Source: Candidatus Poriferisocius sp. (lineage in GTDB: Bacteria; Actinomycetota; Acidimicrobiia; Acidimicrobiales; Bin134). Taken from it: DNA of 64,000 nt. Position numbers and translations under genes: made by a program. Below the pieces are notes generated by a model. The model made no database searches and was not told the origin of the DNA. It was given only the letters and a program-made list of their open reading frames with translations. The stretch covers positions 1,844,757 through 1,908,756 of the forward strand of contig NZ_OZ244793.1 of NCBI RefSeq assembly GCF_965219775.1, read 5' to 3'. Shown in pieces: positions 9,803 to 19,903 of the stretch; the stretch's first letter is position 1, and each line of letters begins with the position of its first letter.

Positions 9803-10459
9803 CTAGAAAAACCCACGGCCTTGCACGGCTGCGCTGGCCATCCAGACCTCGAAGTCCTGGATGGACTGGGCCATGGCCTGGCCGATCAGGTCGAGCTTGC
9901 GCACCTGGTCGATGCGGGCGCCGGCCTGCTCCAGCTCCCGCTTGGACAAAATCTCCCCGAAGATCCCGCAGGCGTGGGCCAAGCAGATGATGACCACGTC
10001 GCGGGGGCTGGGGATGTCGTCGCTGAACAGCACCCCCATGATCCGCAGCTTGACCTCCCGCTCGGCCTCGCCGTCCACCAGGGGATACCGGCGCGACCGG
10101 AACACCCACAAGAAGCGGTCGTCCTCACGCTCGAGGATGCCCTTGTCCACCAGCCGTACCAGGGCCTCTTCCCGGATTTGCGGCCCTTGCCGGGCGAGCT
10201 GCTCCACCCAATGGCGGGCGTCGCTCTCCTCGCCCTCGGCGATCATGGCCAGGGCCGGATCCAACAGGCTGTCGCCCAGCGGGGTGGCATCCACCAGCAT
10301 CAGGTTCTCCAGGTCGGTGTCGATGCGGTTCTCCATGGCCAGCTCCATCAGCACCGCTCCGGCCACTGCCCGGTCCATGGACGACTGGGGGATGCTGATG
10401 AACTTCCCGTCGTCGTCGCGCAACAAAAGGAGCATGATCTCCTCGACGAACCTCAGCAT
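9803..10459 (-). CDS. GPP34/GOLPH3-family protein
   Basis: From ORF 9803..10510. MLRFVEEIMLLLLRDDDGKF... and the helical repeat pattern are typical of bacterial GPP34 proteins. The start is set to ATG 10459, 6 nt after AGGAGG; ATG 10465 is an alternative. Confidence 0.7.
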   Translation of the reverse strand: MLRFVEEIMLLLLRDDDGKFISIPQSSMDRAVAGAVLMELAMENRIDTDLENLMLVDATPLGDSLLDPALAMIAEGEESDARHWVEQLARQGPQIREEALVRLVDKGILEREDDRFLWVFRSRRYPLVDGEAEREVKLRIMGVLFSDDIPSPRDVVIICLAHACGIFGEILSKRELEQAGARIDQVRKLDLIGQAMAQSIQDFEVWMASAAVQGRGFF

Positions 10460-10648
10460 GAGCATCCTCCTTCTATCGGGACGGGCCGTGGGGCCGGGTC
10501 GTGCGGGCAAGCCGCCGTGGGGGCAGGTCTCACCAAGACGTTAGCGACAGGCGACGGTCGGTTCGCCCGTCCACGGTGAAATTCTGCCCGCCACGGCTGG
10601 CTGCCATGGTCAGTTGCCGGGGCCAATGGCCACGGCGGGTTGGCGGGG

Positions 10649-11863
10649 CTAATTGCCGCCCTCGGTGAGCTCCACGGTGCGACGGGCGAAGTCGTTGCCG
10701 TACACGTCGTAGCCCGCGGCCACCAGGTTGGCCACCGCCTCCTCGGCGATGTCGGTGCGGAAGGCACCGTCGTCGGGCGCGGCCGCCAGGATGCCCTGGG
10801 AGGTGGCCACCTCCACCGTCTGGTCGTAGAGGGCCTGGTCCATCACGCCCACCCCGCCGGGGGACGGCCAGATGAGGGCGTTGATCTCGTTCATCATCCA
10901 CGCCTGGTGGGCGGGCCCACCGAACGGCGGGGAGGCGTTCACCACCACGTCGACGCACTCCTGGAAGTTGTCGCGGCAGTGGATCCAGCCCCGCAGCGAC
11001 GCTTCCACGAAGCGCACCGCCGTGTCGCGGTATTCGGGGTCGTCCGCCAACCGGTCGGCGTCGGCCCAGATGGCGTCCTGCAGCATGGCCGTGCCCACGT
11101 CGTTCCAGTCGATGACGGTCAGGTCCTCGGGCTGGAACAACTCGCCGGTCTCGGGGTTGATGGTCTCCAACACCAGGGCATACTCGTTGTAGGTCATGGC
11201 CTGGGCGGCGTCGATGTCGCCGTTGATGAGCGCCGTCATGTTGAAGTCCTGCTGCACCAAGGTGACGTCGGACTGGGGATCCAGGCCCACGCTGACCAGC
11301 CCGGCGAAGAGCTCGAACTCGTTGCCGAAGCCCCAGTTGCCCACGTTCTTGCCCGCCAAATCGGCCGGACCATTGATGCCCGCGTCGGCGAAGGACACCT
11401 GCAGGGTACCGCTGCGCTGGAACACCTGGGCGATGTTGGTGATGTCCAACCCCTCCTCGCGGGGCACGAGCCCCCGTGGCACCCAGGAAATGGCGAAGTC
11501 GGCCCCCCCGGAGTCGAGCACCGTGGCGGGCACGATGTCGACACCGCCGTCGATGATGGTCACCTCCAGGCCCACATCCTCGTAGAAGCCCAGGTCACGG
11601 GCCGCAAAGTAGCCGGCGAACTGCGACTGGGGCACCCACTGGAGCTGCAACGAGACCTCACGGAGTTCCTCGGACTCCTCGGTGGCCGGTGCGGGGGCCT
11701 CGGTGGGCTCCGGGGTGGACGGTGCGGCCGTGGGATCGGGCTCGGGGGCGCTGTCATCGTCGTCGTTGCCGCATCCGGCCAGTACCAGGCCGAACACGAC
11801 CAGCACGGCCAGCAGCCGCCACACGGTCCCTTTGGGCCCTTTGCGCATCCTGTTTGCTTTCAT
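10649..11863 (-). CDS. ABC transporter substrate-binding lipoprotein, NMT1/THI5 (SsuA/ThiY-like) family
   Basis: Signal peptide plus lipobox (LVLAGCGNDDDD), a low-complexity linker, then LQLQWVPQSQFAGYF, typical of NMT1/THI5-like binding proteins. Confidence 0.8.
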   Translation of the reverse strand: MKANRMRKGPKGTVWRLLAVLVVFGLVLAGCGNDDDDSAPEPDPTAAPSTPEPTEAPAPATEESEELREVSLQLQWVPQSQFAGYFAARDLGFYEDVGLEVTIIDGGVDIVPATVLDSGGADFAISWVPRGLVPREEGLDITNIAQVFQRSGTLQVSFADAGINGPADLAGKNVGNWGFGNEFELFAGLVSVGLDPQSDVTLVQQDFNMTALINGDIDAAQAMTYNEYALVLETINPETGELFQPEDLTVIDWNDVGTAMLQDAIWADADRLADDPEYRDTAVRFVEASLRGWIHCRDNFQECVDVVVNASPPFGGPAHQAWMMNEINALIWPSPGGVGVMDQALYDQTVEVATSQGILAAAPDDGAFRTDIAEEAVANLVAAGYDVYGNDFARRTVELTEGGN

Positions 11864-11944
11864 GGTTCACCACTGATCCGGAGATCATTCCTTTCTGGAG
11901 AGCGATTTGCCGGACGGCAAGCCGCGGTCTTGGTTGTTGGTCGA

Positions 11945-12724
11945 CTAGGGGCGGTCACCTCGGGAGCGGATGAGTGCGTGCCACGGCATCGCCACCCGTT
12001 CCAGCACCGTGACCACCACGTACAGCACGGCGCCGATGCCGGTGCCCGCCAGCACCGCGGCCCAGGCGTCGTCGTAGCGGGTGAGGCCCGCCGATTGGGT
12101 GATCAACGGGCCCAGGGCGTCCTGGCGACCGCCGAAGTACTCGGCCACGATGGCGGCGATCACCGCCAGCGAGGTGGCCAGCTTGAGGGCGGTGAAGAAG
12201 TAGGGCAGGGCGTTGGGAATCCGCACCTCCCGGGTGATGCGAAAGCGCCCGGCGGCGTACGACTCCATGAGCTCGATCTGGCTGCGGTCCACCTGGGTGA
12301 GCCCCCGGGTGGTGTTGATGAAGATGGGGAAGAACACCAGCGCCACCACGATGGCCTGATTGGAGCGGGGGGAGGTGACCCCGAGCCAGTTGTTGAGGAT
12401 CGGGGCCAAGGCGATGATGGGGATGGCGTTGACCGCCACCGCCAGGGGGGTGATGGTCTCATTGGCGGTGCGGAACCGGGTGACCAACAGGGCGGCCACC
12501 GCACCGAGCACCACGCCGGCCACCAGACCGGTGACCACCACGAAGCCGGTGATGCGGGCCCCCCGGTACACCACGTCCCAGTTGTGGATGAGCGCGCCCA
12601 CGATCTCGCTCGGTGCGGGCAGCACGAACCCGTCGGGGTCGGTCCAACGCAGCACCGCCTCCCACAGACCGAAGATCACCACCCCGGTCACGAAGGGAGC
12701 CAAGAGGCGCTCGGGCGCGCTCAT
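11945..12724 (-). CDS. ABC transporter permease (SsuC/TauC-type BPD family)
   Basis: 259-aa polytopic membrane protein with an EAA-like loop. Its start overlaps the ATPase stop (ATGA-type coupling). Confidence 0.85.
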   Translation of the reverse strand: MSAPERLLAPFVTGVVIFGLWEAVLRWTDPDGFVLPAPSEIVGALIHNWDVVYRGARITGFVVVTGLVAGVVLGAVAALLVTRFRTANETITPLAVAVNAIPIIALAPILNNWLGVTSPRSNQAIVVALVFFPIFINTTRGLTQVDRSQIELMESYAAGRFRITREVRIPNALPYFFTALKLATSLAVIAAIVAEYFGGRQDALGPLITQSAGLTRYDDAWAAVLAGTGIGAVLYVVVTVLERVAMPWHALIRSRGDRP

Positions 12725-13560
12725 GCTTCTTCTTCTCGCAGGGCGGTGCGCACTTCGGTGACCTTGGCGAAGAAGGCGGGGTCGTCACGGGTGGCGGCGC
12801 TGCGTTCGCCGAGGTCGACGGGGATGGTGGCCGCGATCCGGCCCGGACGAGGTGACATCACCACCACCCGGGTGGACAGGTACACCGCTTCGGGAATGGA
12901 GTGGGTGACGAACACCAACGTGGTCCCGGTCTCCGTCCAGATGCGCAGGAGTTCGTCCTGCATGTGCTCGCGGGTCATCTCGTCGAGGGCCCCGAACGGC
13001 TCGTCCATCAGCAACAACGACGGGCGAAACGCCAGCGCCCGGGCAATGGCCACCCGCTGTTGCATGCCGCCGGACAACTCCGACGGATGGTGGCCGGCGA
13101 ACTCCCCGAGCTTCACCAACTCCAGCATCTCGGTGGCCCGCCGGCGGCGATCGGACTTGGACCAACCCATCAGCTCCAGGGGCAACTCGATGTTCTTGAC
13201 CACGCTGCGCCAGTCGAACAGCCCGGCGGTCTGGAAGGCCATGCCGTAGTCCCGGTCGAGGCGGGCCTGCTCGGCGGGCTTGGCGTTGACCAGCACCGAC
13301 CCCGAGGTGGGGGCCACCAGCGAGGCGATCAACCGCAACAGGGTGCTCTTGCCGCACCCCGACGGGCCGATGAGGGTGACGAACTCCCCAGGGGCCACCG
13401 CCAGATCGATCTCGGCCAGGGCGTCCACCTGATTGGCCCGGCCCGGGTTGAACACCTTGGTGACCCCCTGGATGTCGATCACCAGCGAGGGCCCGGCGTC
13501 ATCGGCAGGATCCGGCGCGGTCGGGGCGGCCACCTCGTCCACCGGGGGTTGCTCGCTCAT
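12721..13560 (-). CDS. ABC transporter ATP-binding protein
   Basis: Part of ORF 12721..14109 beginning MSEQPPVDEV (ATG 13560). Walker A GPSGCGKST, signature LSGGMQQRV, Walker B LLLMDEP. Confidence 0.9.
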   Translation of the reverse strand: MSEQPPVDEVAAPTAPDPADDAGPSLVIDIQGVTKVFNPGRANQVDALAEIDLAVAPGEFVTLIGPSGCGKSTLLRLIASLVAPTSGSVLVNAKPAEQARLDRDYGMAFQTAGLFDWRSVVKNIELPLELMGWSKSDRRRRATEMLELVKLGEFAGHHPSELSGGMQQRVAIARALAFRPSLLLMDEPFGALDEMTREHMQDELLRIWTETGTTLVFVTHSIPEAVYLSTRVVVMSPRPGRIAATIPVDLGERSAATRDDPAFFAKVTEVRTALREEEA

Positions 13561-14582
13561 GAGATCGACCCTTCGCCGTGACGGCCCACCACCACGCGCT
13601 CGGCCGCGCTGACCACCAGGAACACGAAGATCCCCAAAGCGGCGGCCCCCAGCACGCTGGCGAACAAGCGGTCGGGACCGGTGGTGTAGTTGAACGCCTC
13701 CCGCAGGATCCGCCGACCGAGGCCACCCTCCACTCCGGCGGAGATCTCCCCCACGATGGCCCCCACAATGCTGGCCGTCGCTGCGATCTTGAGGGCGGCG
13801 AACAGGTAGGGCAAGGAGGCGGGCAGGCGGAGACGCCACAGCGTCTGGCCCCAGTTGGCGGCGTAGGAGGCCATCAGCTCGGCGTTTTCGGGGCGCGGCG
13901 ACTGCAGGCCCCGCAGTCCGTTCACCGCCACCGGGAAGAAGGTCAGGTAGGTGGCGATGACCGAGACCGACATCCAGTCCTGCCACTCCCACGGGAAGAC
14001 ATCGAAGTTCTTGCGCCCCCAGATCACCACGATGGGGGCGATGGCGATGAGCGGGATGGTCTGGCTGGCGATCACGAACGGGAGGAGCCCCTCCTCGAGA
14101 CGTCGCCATTGGGCCAAGACCAAGGCGATGGCCATGCCGATCACCAGGCCCACTACGAAGCCGGCGAAGGCCTCCCGCAGGGTGAACAACGCCTCGTCGA
14201 ACAGGATGAGCACGTAGATGCGGTCGCGGCCCCCGGGGACCTCGCCGAACTGGCCGATGATCTCACCCAGTGGCGGCATGTTCAGATCGTTGGAACGGGG
14301 CAGCATCGACCCCACCACCGGCCAGTCCTTCTGGTCGTCGTCGATGGCCTGACCGACCGCTTTGTACCCGGTGTAGAGCCCGGCGAGCAGGGCCAAGAAG
14401 ACCACGAAGGTGACCGTCCGGCGTACCACCCGGCCCATGACGTCGCGGCGATCCTGTTGGGCCGCCCGCTGCCGCATGAGGTGGTCACGCACCAGGGGAT
14501 CGCCGTGGCCCACAGAGGCGTGGGTGGCAGGGTCGGCGGCAGCGTCGGTGGTCGGGTCGACGGCAGGCTCGGCGGTCGGCAT
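13557..14582 (-). CDS. ABC transporter permease (second permease of the same system)
   Basis: 341-aa polytopic protein, paralogous in layout to 11945..12724. Its stop overlaps the ATPase start. Confidence 0.8.
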   Translation of the reverse strand: MPTAEPAVDPTTDAAADPATHASVGHGDPLVRDHLMRQRAAQQDRRDVMGRVVRRTVTFVVFLALLAGLYTGYKAVGQAIDDDQKDWPVVGSMLPRSNDLNMPPLGEIIGQFGEVPGGRDRIYVLILFDEALFTLREAFAGFVVGLVIGMAIALVLAQWRRLEEGLLPFVIASQTIPLIAIAPIVVIWGRKNFDVFPWEWQDWMSVSVIATYLTFFPVAVNGLRGLQSPRPENAELMASYAANWGQTLWRLRLPASLPYLFAALKIAATASIVGAIVGEISAGVEGGLGRRILREAFNYTTGPDRLFASVLGAAALGIFVFLVVSAAERVVVGRHGEGSIS

Positions 14583-14594
14583 CGGGGGCTGGTC

Positions 14595-15596
14595 CTAGCC
14601 GTTCATGGCGGGGATGATCCGCTGACCGTAGGCGTTGAGGGTCTCGTCCTTCTGGTCGTGCATCAGGTAGATGGCGAACTGGTCCACCCCCAGGGACTCC
14701 AGCTCCCGGAGCCGGGCCAGATGGGACTGCTCGTCGCCGAGGAGGCAGAAGCGGTCGATGATCTCGTCGGGCACGAAATCGGTGTGGTCGTGGCCCGCCT
14801 TGCCGTGGCCGGAATAGTCGTAGCCCTGGCGGCCCGCGATGTAGTCGGTGAGGGCCTGGGGCACGCCGGCGCCCTGGTCGCCGTAGCGGGCCACCAGATC
14901 GGCCACGTGGTTGCCCACCATCCCACCGAACCAGCGGCACTGCTCCCGCTGGTGGGCCACGTCGGGGCCTACGTAGGCCGGGGCGGCCACGCAGATGTAG
15001 AGGCTGTCGGGGTCGCGGCCCGCGTCGGCGGCGGCCCGGCGCACGGCGGCGATGGTCCACTCGGCAATGGCCGGGTCGGCCAACTGCAGGATGAAGCCGT
15101 CGGTCTCGCTCCCGCACAACTGCAGCGCCTTGGGTCCGTAGGCGGCCATCAGCACCTTGAGTTCCGAGGCCCGGGCCCAGGGGAATTGCTGCTCGGTGCC
15201 GTTGTAGGTGGCGGTGCGCCCCTCGGCCAGGTCCTTGATCACCCCCATGGCCTCCCGCAGGGTGGCCAGGTTGCAGGGCGGACGACCGATGACCCGCAAC
15301 GCCGAGTCGCCCCGGCCGATGCCGCACACCGTGCGGTTGCCGAACATGTCGTTGAGGGTGGCAAACAGCGACCCGGTGACCGTCCAGTCGCGGGTGCCGG
15401 GGTTGGTGACCATCGGACCCACCACCATGCGGTTGGTGGCCGACAGCATCTGGCTGTAGACCACGAAGGGCTCCTGCCACAGCACGTGGCTGTCGAACGT
15501 CCAGCCGTAGGAGAAGCCCAGCGACTCGGCCCGCCGGGCCAGGTCCACCACCCGCCACGCCGGGGGGTCGGTCTGCAAAACGACGCCGAAGTCCAT
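14595..15596 (-). CDS. LLM-class oxidoreductase of the F420-dependent (Mer-like) subgroup; cofactor assignment is inferred
   Basis: MDFGVVLQTDPP..., VGPMVTNPGTRDW and CGIGRGDSA resemble methylene-H4MPT-reductase-like F420 enzymes of actinobacteria. It lies between the ABC importer genes and mmsA. Confidence 0.75.
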   Translation of the reverse strand: MDFGVVLQTDPPAWRVVDLARRAESLGFSYGWTFDSHVLWQEPFVVYSQMLSATNRMVVGPMVTNPGTRDWTVTGSLFATLNDMFGNRTVCGIGRGDSALRVIGRPPCNLATLREAMGVIKDLAEGRTATYNGTEQQFPWARASELKVLMAAYGPKALQLCGSETDGFILQLADPAIAEWTIAAVRRAAADAGRDPDSLYICVAAPAYVGPDVAHQREQCRWFGGMVGNHVADLVARYGDQGAGVPQALTDYIAGRQGYDYSGHGKAGHDHTDFVPDEIIDRFCLLGDEQSHLARLRELESLGVDQFAIYLMHDQKDETLNAYGQRIIPAMNG

Positions 15597-15641
15597 GGTT
15601 ACCCCCTCGCCGGGCCGTGGCCGGGTCGGCTCGGCCCCCGT

Positions 15642-17129
15642 TCACTCATTGGTCGGAAATCCCAGGTCGACCGCGCTGGTGGCCGGATCGGGCCAGCGGG
15701 AGGTGATCACCTTGGGCCGGGTGTAGAAGCGGATCCCCTCGGGGCCGTACATGGTGGTGTCGCCGAACAGGGAGTCCTTCCACCCGCCGAAGGAGTGGTA
15801 GCCCACCGGGACCGGAATGGGCACGTTGATGCCCACCATGCCCGCGTCGGCGTCCTCTTGGAACTGGCGGGCCGCCCCACCGTCGCGGGTGAAGATGGCG
15901 GCCCCGTTGCCCCACGGGTTGTCGGCGATCAGCCCCACCGCCTCGCCGTAGGTGTCGCAGCGCACCACGCACAGCACCGGGCCGAAGATCTCGTCCCGGT
16001 AGGCGTCCATGGCGGGGGTCACGTGATCGAGCAGCGACACCCCCAGGAAGAAGCCGCCGCCGTCGAAGCGGGCGCGGCGGCCGTCCACCACCACGGTGGC
16101 CCCCTGATCGGCGGCCCCGCCGACGTAGCCCGCCACCCGGTCCCGGTGCTCGGCGGTGATGAGCGGCCCCATGTCGGAGGCCGGGTCGGTACCGTCGCCG
16201 ATGACCAGCTTCTCCATGCGCACCTTGATGGCCTCCACCAAGGGGTCGGCCACGTCACCCACGGCGGCCACCACCGAGATGGCCATGCACCGCTCCCCGG
16301 CGGATCCGTAGGCGGCCGACACCGCCGAGTCGGCGGCCAACTCGATGTCGGCATCGGGCAGCACCACCATGTGGTTCTTGGCCCCGCCCAGGGCCTGCAC
16401 CCGCTTGCCGTGGGCGGTGCCGGTGGCGTACACGTACCGGGCGATGGGGGTGGAGCCCACGAAGCCGGCCGCCTTCACGTCGGGATGGGCCAGCAGCCGA
16501 TCCACCGCCACCTTGTCGCCGTGGACCACGTTGAGCACGCCGGGGGGGAAGCCCGCCTCGCCGAACAGCTCGGCGATGAACAGCGGGGCCGACGGGTCGC
16601 GCTCGGAGGGCTTGAGCACGAACGTGTTGCCGCAAACGACGGCGTTGGGCACCATCCACAGCGGCACCATGGCCGGGAAGTTGAACGGGGTGATGCCCGC
16701 CACCACCCCGAGGGGGCGGCGCACCGAGTAGACGTCGACCCCGGTGGAGGCGGCCTCGTTGTGGCTGCCCTTGAGGTGCTCGGCCAGCCCACAGGCGAAC
16801 TCGATGTTCTCCACGGCCCGGGCCACTTCGCCGCGGGCGTCGCTGTGGACTTTGCCGTGCTCGGCGGTCAGGCGGGTGGCGATCTCGTCGGCATTGTCCA
16901 CCACCAGGTTGCGGAAGGCGAACATCAAAGCGGTGCGTCGGGCAATCGACGTGGCCCCCCAGTCCTCGAAGGCGGCCCGGGCCGAGGCCACCGCGGCGTC
17001 CACCTCGTCGGCCGAGGCCAACGGCACCTCGCCGGTCTGTTGCCCGGTGGCCGGGTTGTAGACCGCCGAGGTGCGCCCCGATGCCCCGGCCACCGGCCGG
17101 CCGTCGATCAAGTGGTGAATCTCTTGCAT
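15642..17129 (-). CDS. mmsA: CoA-acylating (methyl)malonate-semialdehyde dehydrogenase
   Basis: 495-aa aldehyde dehydrogenase with the MmsA-type N-terminus (HLIDGRPV...), catalytic GERCMA and no thioester-hydrolysing Glu context. It is adjacent to pyrimidine and beta-alanine genes. Confidence 0.88.
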   Translation of the reverse strand: MQEIHHLIDGRPVAGASGRTSAVYNPATGQQTGEVPLASADEVDAAVASARAAFEDWGATSIARRTALMFAFRNLVVDNADEIATRLTAEHGKVHSDARGEVARAVENIEFACGLAEHLKGSHNEAASTGVDVYSVRRPLGVVAGITPFNFPAMVPLWMVPNAVVCGNTFVLKPSERDPSAPLFIAELFGEAGFPPGVLNVVHGDKVAVDRLLAHPDVKAAGFVGSTPIARYVYATGTAHGKRVQALGGAKNHMVVLPDADIELAADSAVSAAYGSAGERCMAISVVAAVGDVADPLVEAIKVRMEKLVIGDGTDPASDMGPLITAEHRDRVAGYVGGAADQGATVVVDGRRARFDGGGFFLGVSLLDHVTPAMDAYRDEIFGPVLCVVRCDTYGEAVGLIADNPWGNGAAIFTRDGGAARQFQEDADAGMVGINVPIPVPVGYHSFGGWKDSLFGDTTMYGPEGIRFYTRPKVITSRWPDPATSAVDLGFPTNE

Positions 17130-17156
17130 GCGTTCCTCCTGTAGACGCCCCTGGGC

Positions 17157-18566
17157 TCAGATGAGGTACGAGCTGAGGCCCCGGCGCAGGTACCGGCCGT
17201 CGCCCATGGCGCCCAGGTACCGGTCGTTGTCGATGATGACCTGGCCTCGGGACAGCACGGTGTCCACGTGGCCGGTGACCTCGAACCCCTCGTAGGCCGA
17301 GTGGTCGATGTTCATGTGGTGGTTCTCCACGCTGATGGTCCAGGTGGCCGCCGGGTCGTAGATCACCACGTCGGCGTCGGCCCCCGGTTGGATGGCCCCC
17401 TTGCGGGGGTAGAGGCCCATCATGCGCGCCGGGGTGGTCGAGCACAGCTCCACCCACCGGGGCAGGGTGATCTCCCCGGTGACCACCCCCTGGTAGATCA
17501 TGTCCATCCGGTGCTCCACCCCGCCGATGCCGTTGGGAATGGCCCGGAAGTCGTCCACGCCCAACTCCTTTTGCTCCTTCATGCAGAACGGGCAGTGATC
17601 GGTGGACACCACCGCCAGGTCGTTGGTGCGCAGGCCCTTCCACAGTTCGTTCTGATGGTGCTCGTGGCGGGGCCGGATGGGGGTGGAGCACACGTAAGCG
17701 GCGCCGTCCCAACCCTGGTCGAGGTGCTCCTCCAGGCTGAAGTACAGGTACTGGGGGCAGGTCTCGGCGAACACGTTGGCCCCGTCGTTGCGGGCGATGG
17801 CCACCTGCTCGAGGGCCTGCTTGGCCGACAGGTGCACGATGTAGAGGGGGGCGGCGCCCACCTTGGCCAACTGGATGGCCCGGTGGGTGGCCTCCGACTC
17901 GAACTCGGCCCGGCGCACGTAGCCGTGGTTCACCGGGTCGGTCTCGCCCCGCTCGAAGGCCTGCTGGGCCAACACGTCGATGGCGATGCCGTTCTCGGCG
18001 TGCATCATCAACAGCCCGCCGTTGCCCGCGCACTGCTGCATGGCCCGCAGGATCTGGCCGTCGTCGCTGTAGAAGACGCCGGGGTAGGCCATGAACAGCT
18101 TGAAGCTGGTGACCCCCTCGTTCACCAGCAGGTCCATCTCCTTGAGGGCGGCGTCGGTGACGTCGCCGATGATCATGTGGAAGCCGTAGTCGATGGCGCA
18201 GCGACCCTCGGCCTGCTCCATGCGGGCGTCGAAGCACTCCCGCACGTCGAGGCCGTAGCTCTGGGTGGCGAAGTCCACGATGGTGGTGGTGCCCCCCCAG
18301 GCGGCCGCCCGGGTGCCGGTCTCGAAGTCGTCGGAGGCCACGGTGCCCCCGAACGGCAGCTCCATGTGGGTGTGGACGTCCACCCCGCCGGGGACCACCA
18401 GCTTGCCGGTGGCGTCGATCACCCGGTCGGCCCCGCCCTCGGCAGCCACCGCCAATGCCGATCCCGGTTGCAGCACCCCGGCGATGACCTCACCGTCGAT
18501 CAGCACCTCGGCGGGGTCGGCCCCGGTGGAACTCACCACCGTTCCGTTCTTGATCAGCGTGGTCAT
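17157..18566 (-). CDS. dihydropyrimidinase / D-hydantoinase
   Basis: IKNGTVV...GGVDVHTHMELPFGGT...TTTIVDF, plus a carboxylated-Lys region FKLFMAY, typical of cyclic amidohydrolases of the dihydropyrimidinase type. Confidence 0.9.
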   Translation of the reverse strand: MTTLIKNGTVVSSTGADPAEVLIDGEVIAGVLQPGSALAVAAEGGADRVIDATGKLVVPGGVDVHTHMELPFGGTVASDDFETGTRAAAWGGTTTIVDFATQSYGLDVRECFDARMEQAEGRCAIDYGFHMIIGDVTDAALKEMDLLVNEGVTSFKLFMAYPGVFYSDDGQILRAMQQCAGNGGLLMMHAENGIAIDVLAQQAFERGETDPVNHGYVRRAEFESEATHRAIQLAKVGAAPLYIVHLSAKQALEQVAIARNDGANVFAETCPQYLYFSLEEHLDQGWDGAAYVCSTPIRPRHEHHQNELWKGLRTNDLAVVSTDHCPFCMKEQKELGVDDFRAIPNGIGGVEHRMDMIYQGVVTGEITLPRWVELCSTTPARMMGLYPRKGAIQPGADADVVIYDPAATWTISVENHHMNIDHSAYEGFEVTGHVDTVLSRGQVIIDNDRYLGAMGDGRYLRRGLSSYLI

Positions 18567-18594
18567 GGTGCTTGCCTCCCTGTCGAACTCGCCG

Positions 18595-19893
18595 TCATTC
18601 CCGACCGTCGATCTCGGCGATGGTGTCCACCAGGGCGGCCACCCCTTCGTCGATCTCGGCCTCGCTCACGTCCAGCATGGGGGTGATGCGGATGGCGTTG
18701 CCGTACAGGCCGCCCTTGCCCACCAACAGGCCCCGCTGTTTGCAGCCCTCCAGTATCCGGCCCGCCCGGTCGGCGTCGGGCTCGATGCCGCCGGGCACCA
18801 CCATCTCGATGGCCTGCATGAGCCCCCGGCCCCGCAACTCGGCGATCCACGGCGTGCGGTCCACCACCGGGGCCAGGGCGTCGCGGAGTCGCCCGCCCAT
18901 GCGCCGGGCGTTGCCCTGCAGGTCGTTGTCGCGTACGTAGCGCAGGGTGGCCAGCCCGGCCGCGGTGGACAGCGGGTTGCCGCCGAAGGTGGAGAAGCTC
19001 AGCTTGGTGATGGTGTCCATGATCTCGGCCCGGGCCACGATGCCCGCCAGCGTGATCCCGTTGCCCACCCCCTTGGCGAAGGTCAACATGTCGGGCACGA
19101 TGTCGTGGGCCTGGTAGCCCCAGAAGTGCTCGCCGGTGCGCCCCCAGCCGGTTTGCACCTCGTCGCTCACGAACAGGATGCCCCGGTTGGCCAGCACTTT
19201 GTGCAGCGACCCGAAGAAGCCGTCGGGGGGCGTGGCGAAGCCGCCCACCCCCTGGATGGGCTCGGCGATGAGGCAGGCCACGTCGCCGGTGGTCGCCATG
19301 TCGATGATCTGGCGGAGGTCGTCGGTGCAGGCCTCGGTGAACTCGTCGTCGTCGAGGTGGCGGAAGGGGCTGCGCAGCCGGTAGGCCCCGTGGACGAAGT
19401 TCACCGACAACCCCGACAGGGCGGTGGACAGCCACGACGAGTGCGAGGTGATGGCCTGGGCGGTGAACGAGCGGCCGTGGTAGCTGTTGCGCATGGCCAG
19501 CACTTCGTTGGAGTTGCGGTAGCTGGTAGCCAACAACATGGCGGTGTCGTTGGCCTCCGACCCCGAGGTGGTGAAGAAGACCCGGGCGTCGGGGATGCCG
19601 CTGATGGCGGCGATCTCCTCGGCCAGTTCGATCATGGGCTCGCTGAGGTAGAGCGTGGAGGTGTGCAGCACCTTGGCGGCCTGGTGTTGGATGGCCTCGG
19701 TGACCGCCGGGTTGTTGTGCCCCACCATGGTGGTGAGCACGCCGCCGAAGAAGTCCAGGAAGCGGTTGCCCTCCACGTCCCACACGTAGCCCCCCTGTCC
19801 CCGGTCGATGCTGATGGGATCGGCGTAGAGCGGCTTCAGGTAGGAGGGCAGCACCGCCCGGTAGCGCTGGTGCAGGTCGGCGTTGGTGGTCAC
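18595..19893 (-). CDS. class-III (omega) aminotransferase, candidate beta-alanine aminotransferase
   Basis: 432 aa with SGSEANDTA, DEVQTGWGRTG and a TFAKGVGNG PLP-Lys motif. Confidence 0.88.
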   Translation of the reverse strand: MTTNADLHQRYRAVLPSYLKPLYADPISIDRGQGGYVWDVEGNRFLDFFGGVLTTMVGHNNPAVTEAIQHQAAKVLHTSTLYLSEPMIELAEEIAAISGIPDARVFFTTSGSEANDTAMLLATSYRNSNEVLAMRNSYHGRSFTAQAITSHSSWLSTALSGLSVNFVHGAYRLRSPFRHLDDDEFTEACTDDLRQIIDMATTGDVACLIAEPIQGVGGFATPPDGFFGSLHKVLANRGILFVSDEVQTGWGRTGEHFWGYQAHDIVPDMLTFAKGVGNGITLAGIVARAEIMDTITKLSFSTFGGNPLSTAAGLATLRYVRDNDLQGNARRMGGRLRDALAPVVDRTPWIAELRGRGLMQAIEMVVPGGIEPDADRAGRILEGCKQRGLLVGKGGLYGNAIRITPMLDVSEAEIDEGVAALVDTIAEIDGRE

Positions 19894-19903
19894 GGGAGGG
19901 GGC

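Noticed and set aside
13578-17144. Very long ORFs antisense to or overlapping the called genes. Examples: 13578..17144 (+, 1188 aa), 5846..8152 (+), 8546..10579 (+), 10640..13249 (+), 36344..38305 (+), 45628..48141 (+), 53654..55279 (+), 55714..58326 (+), 16255..18237 (-).
   Set aside because: Their translations are Arg/Gly/Pro/His-rich low-complexity strings with no recognisable motifs. Each lies opposite or out of frame with a gene that has clear family signatures. Such stop-free shadow frames are expected at this GC content.
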